This document shows, piece after piece, positions 62,526 to 64,000 of a DNA stretch of 64,000 bases. Each line of letters starts with the position of its first letter. Positions within the stretch are counted from its first letter, which is position 1. Under the pieces are notes generated by a model. It was not told where the DNA came from. It saw only the letters and a list, made by a program, of their open reading frames with translations, and ran no database searches. The DNA comes from an uncultured Chloroflexia bacterium (GTDB taxonomy: Bacteria; Chloroflexota; Anaerolineae; Anaerolineales; UBA4823): assembly GCA_963792075.1 (NCBI GenBank), contig CAWBUW010000007.1, positions 846,429-910,428 of the forward strand, written 5' to 3'. A program made the position numbers and the translations under genes.

Positions 62526-63614
62526 ATGAAACCCCGCGACCGCGTCCTGATGGCGCTCCATCACGAAGCGCCTGACCGCTGCCCGATGCAGGTCTCGTTT
62601 ACGCCTGAGTTCGCCGCCCGCCTGCGCCAGGAAATGAACCTGCGCAGCGACAAAATCCACAACCCGCACGGCGGCGGGAATACCTACGAGCTGGAACGCG
62701 CCCTGGGCGAGGATATGCTGCTGACCTCCGTCGGCTGGGCCAATTCCTATTATCAGGAGGCTCAATCCTACCAGGATGAATGGGGCATCGGCTGGAAAAC
62801 GGCGGAATATAACACGCCCTTTGGGGCCGGCACCTACACCGAGATCGTCGGCCACCCCCTGGCCGAAGACAGCGCCCTGGCTGCCTATACTCCGCCCGAC
62901 CCCACTCGCCCCGAGCTCTACGCCGAAGCCGGTTGGGTGCTGCGCACCTTCCAGGACGAATACTTTATCGTTGGGGTGACGGTCACGACCATTTTCGAAA
63001 CGGCCTGGGCCTTGCGCGGCTACGAGCGCATGTTATCCGATTTTGCGCTCAAACCCGACCTGGCCGAGCAGATCCTCGACATCCCTTACCGCTATCACCT
63101 GGCTGCCGCCAAAAAACTGACCCAGATGGGCGTGGACATGGTTTGGCTGGGTGATGACGTTGGCGCGCAGCACGCCATGCTGATTTCGCCCAAAATGTGG
63201 CGGCGCTTTTTCAAGCCGCGTATGGCGAATTTCATTGCCGAGCTCAAGGCCATCAACCCGCAGGTAAAAGTGGCCTACCATTCAGACGGCAACATCTACC
63301 CCATCATCCCGGACCTGATTGAAATCGGGTTGGATGTGCTCAACCCCATCCAACCCGCCTGCATGGACCCATCCAGGCTCAAGCAGGATTATGGCGATAA
63401 ACTCTGCTTCTGGGGTTCGATGGACGAACAGCATACCCTGCCCTTTGGTTCCGCCGCCGATGTGCGCGCCGAAGTGCTGGCGCGCCTGAAAACTCTCGGC
63501 AAAAACGGCGGCTTGATCCTCGGCCCCACCCACCACGTCCAACTGGATACGCCCATGGAAAACTTCTGGGCGCTGGTGAATACCATTGCGCAGACCGCCT
63601 ATCGTGATTTATAG
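62526..63614 (+). CDS. URO-D/MtaA-family methyltransferase-like protein (paralogue 3, HxD type)
   Basis: ORF trimmed to MKPRDRVLMALHHEAPDRCP; 362 aa. It has YHSDG at the HxC-equivalent position. Confidence 0.75.
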   Translation: MKPRDRVLMALHHEAPDRCPMQVSFTPEFAARLRQEMNLRSDKIHNPHGGGNTYELERALGEDMLLTSVGWANSYYQEAQSYQDEWGIGWKTAEYNTPFGAGTYTEIVGHPLAEDSALAAYTPPDPTRPELYAEAGWVLRTFQDEYFIVGVTVTTIFETAWALRGYERMLSDFALKPDLAEQILDIPYRYHLAAAKKLTQMGVDMVWLGDDVGAQHAMLISPKMWRRFFKPRMANFIAELKAINPQVKVAYHSDGNIYPIIPDLIEIGLDVLNPIQPACMDPSRLKQDYGDKLCFWGSMDEQHTLPFGSAADVRAEVLARLKTLGKNGGLILGPTHHVQLDTPMENFWALVNTIAQTAYRDL

Positions 63615-63634
63615 GTAACATCTCAAAAAGGGGG

Positions 63635-63677
63635 GTGGGGTATTTTGGGCGGGCTTTGCCCGCCCAAAATACCCCAC
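63635..63677. repeat. palindromic terminator-like element (family GTGGGGTRTTTTG...), copy 3
   Basis: gtggggtattttgggcggg-ctttg-cccgcccaaaataccccac. It has the same loop as copy 1, with stem differences compensated on both arms. Confidence 0.7.
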
Positions 63678-63687
63678 TTAGTAAAGG

Positions 63688-64000
63688 ATGGCCCAAATTT
63701 TGAATACGACCTGGCACGATTTCCCCGCCCTCGCCCTTGAAGACGAACGCATGCGCCTCGTCGTCGTCCCCCACCTGGGTGCGAAAATCGTCTCGCTGTT
63801 GGATAAAAAGCACTCGCGCGAATGGTTGGCGCCGCCCATGCGCCCGCTGAAACAAACCGCCTACGGCGCCGATTTTGTCGGCCAGGACATGAGCGGCTGG
63901 GACGAAATGCTGCCCACCATCGTCGCTTGCGATTGGGAAGGCGCGCACCTGCCCGACCATGGGGAAGTCTGGAGCATCCCCTGGCAGGTGGACGACGCCC
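63688..64000 (+). CDS. partial CDS (5' end), possibly a galactose-mutarotase-like / aldose-epimerase-fold protein
   Basis: My own translation from the ATG at 63688: MAQILNTTWHDFPALALEDERMRLVVVPHLGAKIVSLLDKKHSREW...PDHGEVWSIPWQVDDA. The frame is open to the window edge. The family call is tentative. Confidence 0.4.
   Translation, partial: MAQILNTTWHDFPALALEDERMRLVVVPHLGAKIVSLLDKKHSREWLAPPMRPLKQTAYGADFVGQDMSGWDEMLPTIVACDWEGAHLPDHGEVWSIPWQVDDA

Overview
GC-rich bacterial chromosomal window. All calls were made by eye from the sequence and the ORF translations; no database search was run. The gene content (Alternative Complex III genes, many glycoside hydrolases, corrinoid methyltransferases) suggests a Chloroflexota/Anaerolineae-like organism, but that is inference only. 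Layout: (1) 48-4294 holds the tail of an Alternative Complex III operon (ActC/D/E-like plus an extra CxxCH protein) and a MenA-like prenyltransferase. (2) 4407-9152 holds glmS with a glmS-ribozyme-like leader and a penicillin-acylase-family gene. (3) 9149-9733 is an ORF-free unit bounded by a promoter and a terminator, with three repeated hairpin modules; it is a candidate structured ncRNA of about 550 nt. (4) 10377-20576 is a carbohydrate block: a GH36/raffinose-synthase-like gene split by a -1 frameshift, GH31, GH3 and phosphoglucomutase. (5) 20779-23226 is a ferredoxin / tungsten-type aldehyde:ferredoxin oxidoreductase / MoaD-like operon. It is followed by HigBA, tRNA-Gln and gltX. (6) 25845-33312 is a tightly packed mreB-mreC-mreD-mrdA-minC-minD-minE-rodA cluster. 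(7) Next come inositol-phosphate synthase, a GAF histidine kinase and an HD-GYP protein. (8) tRNA-Pro(CGG) is followed by a ~6.5 kb phage-like island (37061-43607). The island carries a large terminase, holin-like, HTH and Zn-ribbon genes, and no integrase. It is bounded by nested partial tRNA-Pro copies. It also contains a family of REP-like GTAG-hairpin elements with covarying stems, an A-poor CTGG-rich repeat field with no clear reading frame, and a perfect 52-bp inverted copy of part of the nearby histidine-kinase gene. (9) 43643-49900 holds a P-type ATPase, an M24 peptidase and a PLP decarboxylase. (10) 49914-64000 is a locus combining a cytoplasmic LacI-PBP/HK/REC/AraC hybrid regulator, a sugar-type ABC importer with an internally duplicated binding protein, three URO-D/MtaA-family methyltransferase-like genes and a corrinoid protein; it is a candidate corrinoid-dependent demethylation pathway for an imported methylated sugar. 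The most interesting items are the island's hairpin family, repeat field and captured kinase fragment, the candidate ncRNA at 9.2-9.7 kb, the in-phase U_UUA_AAC heptamer at the GH36 frameshift, and the corrinoid/ABC locus.
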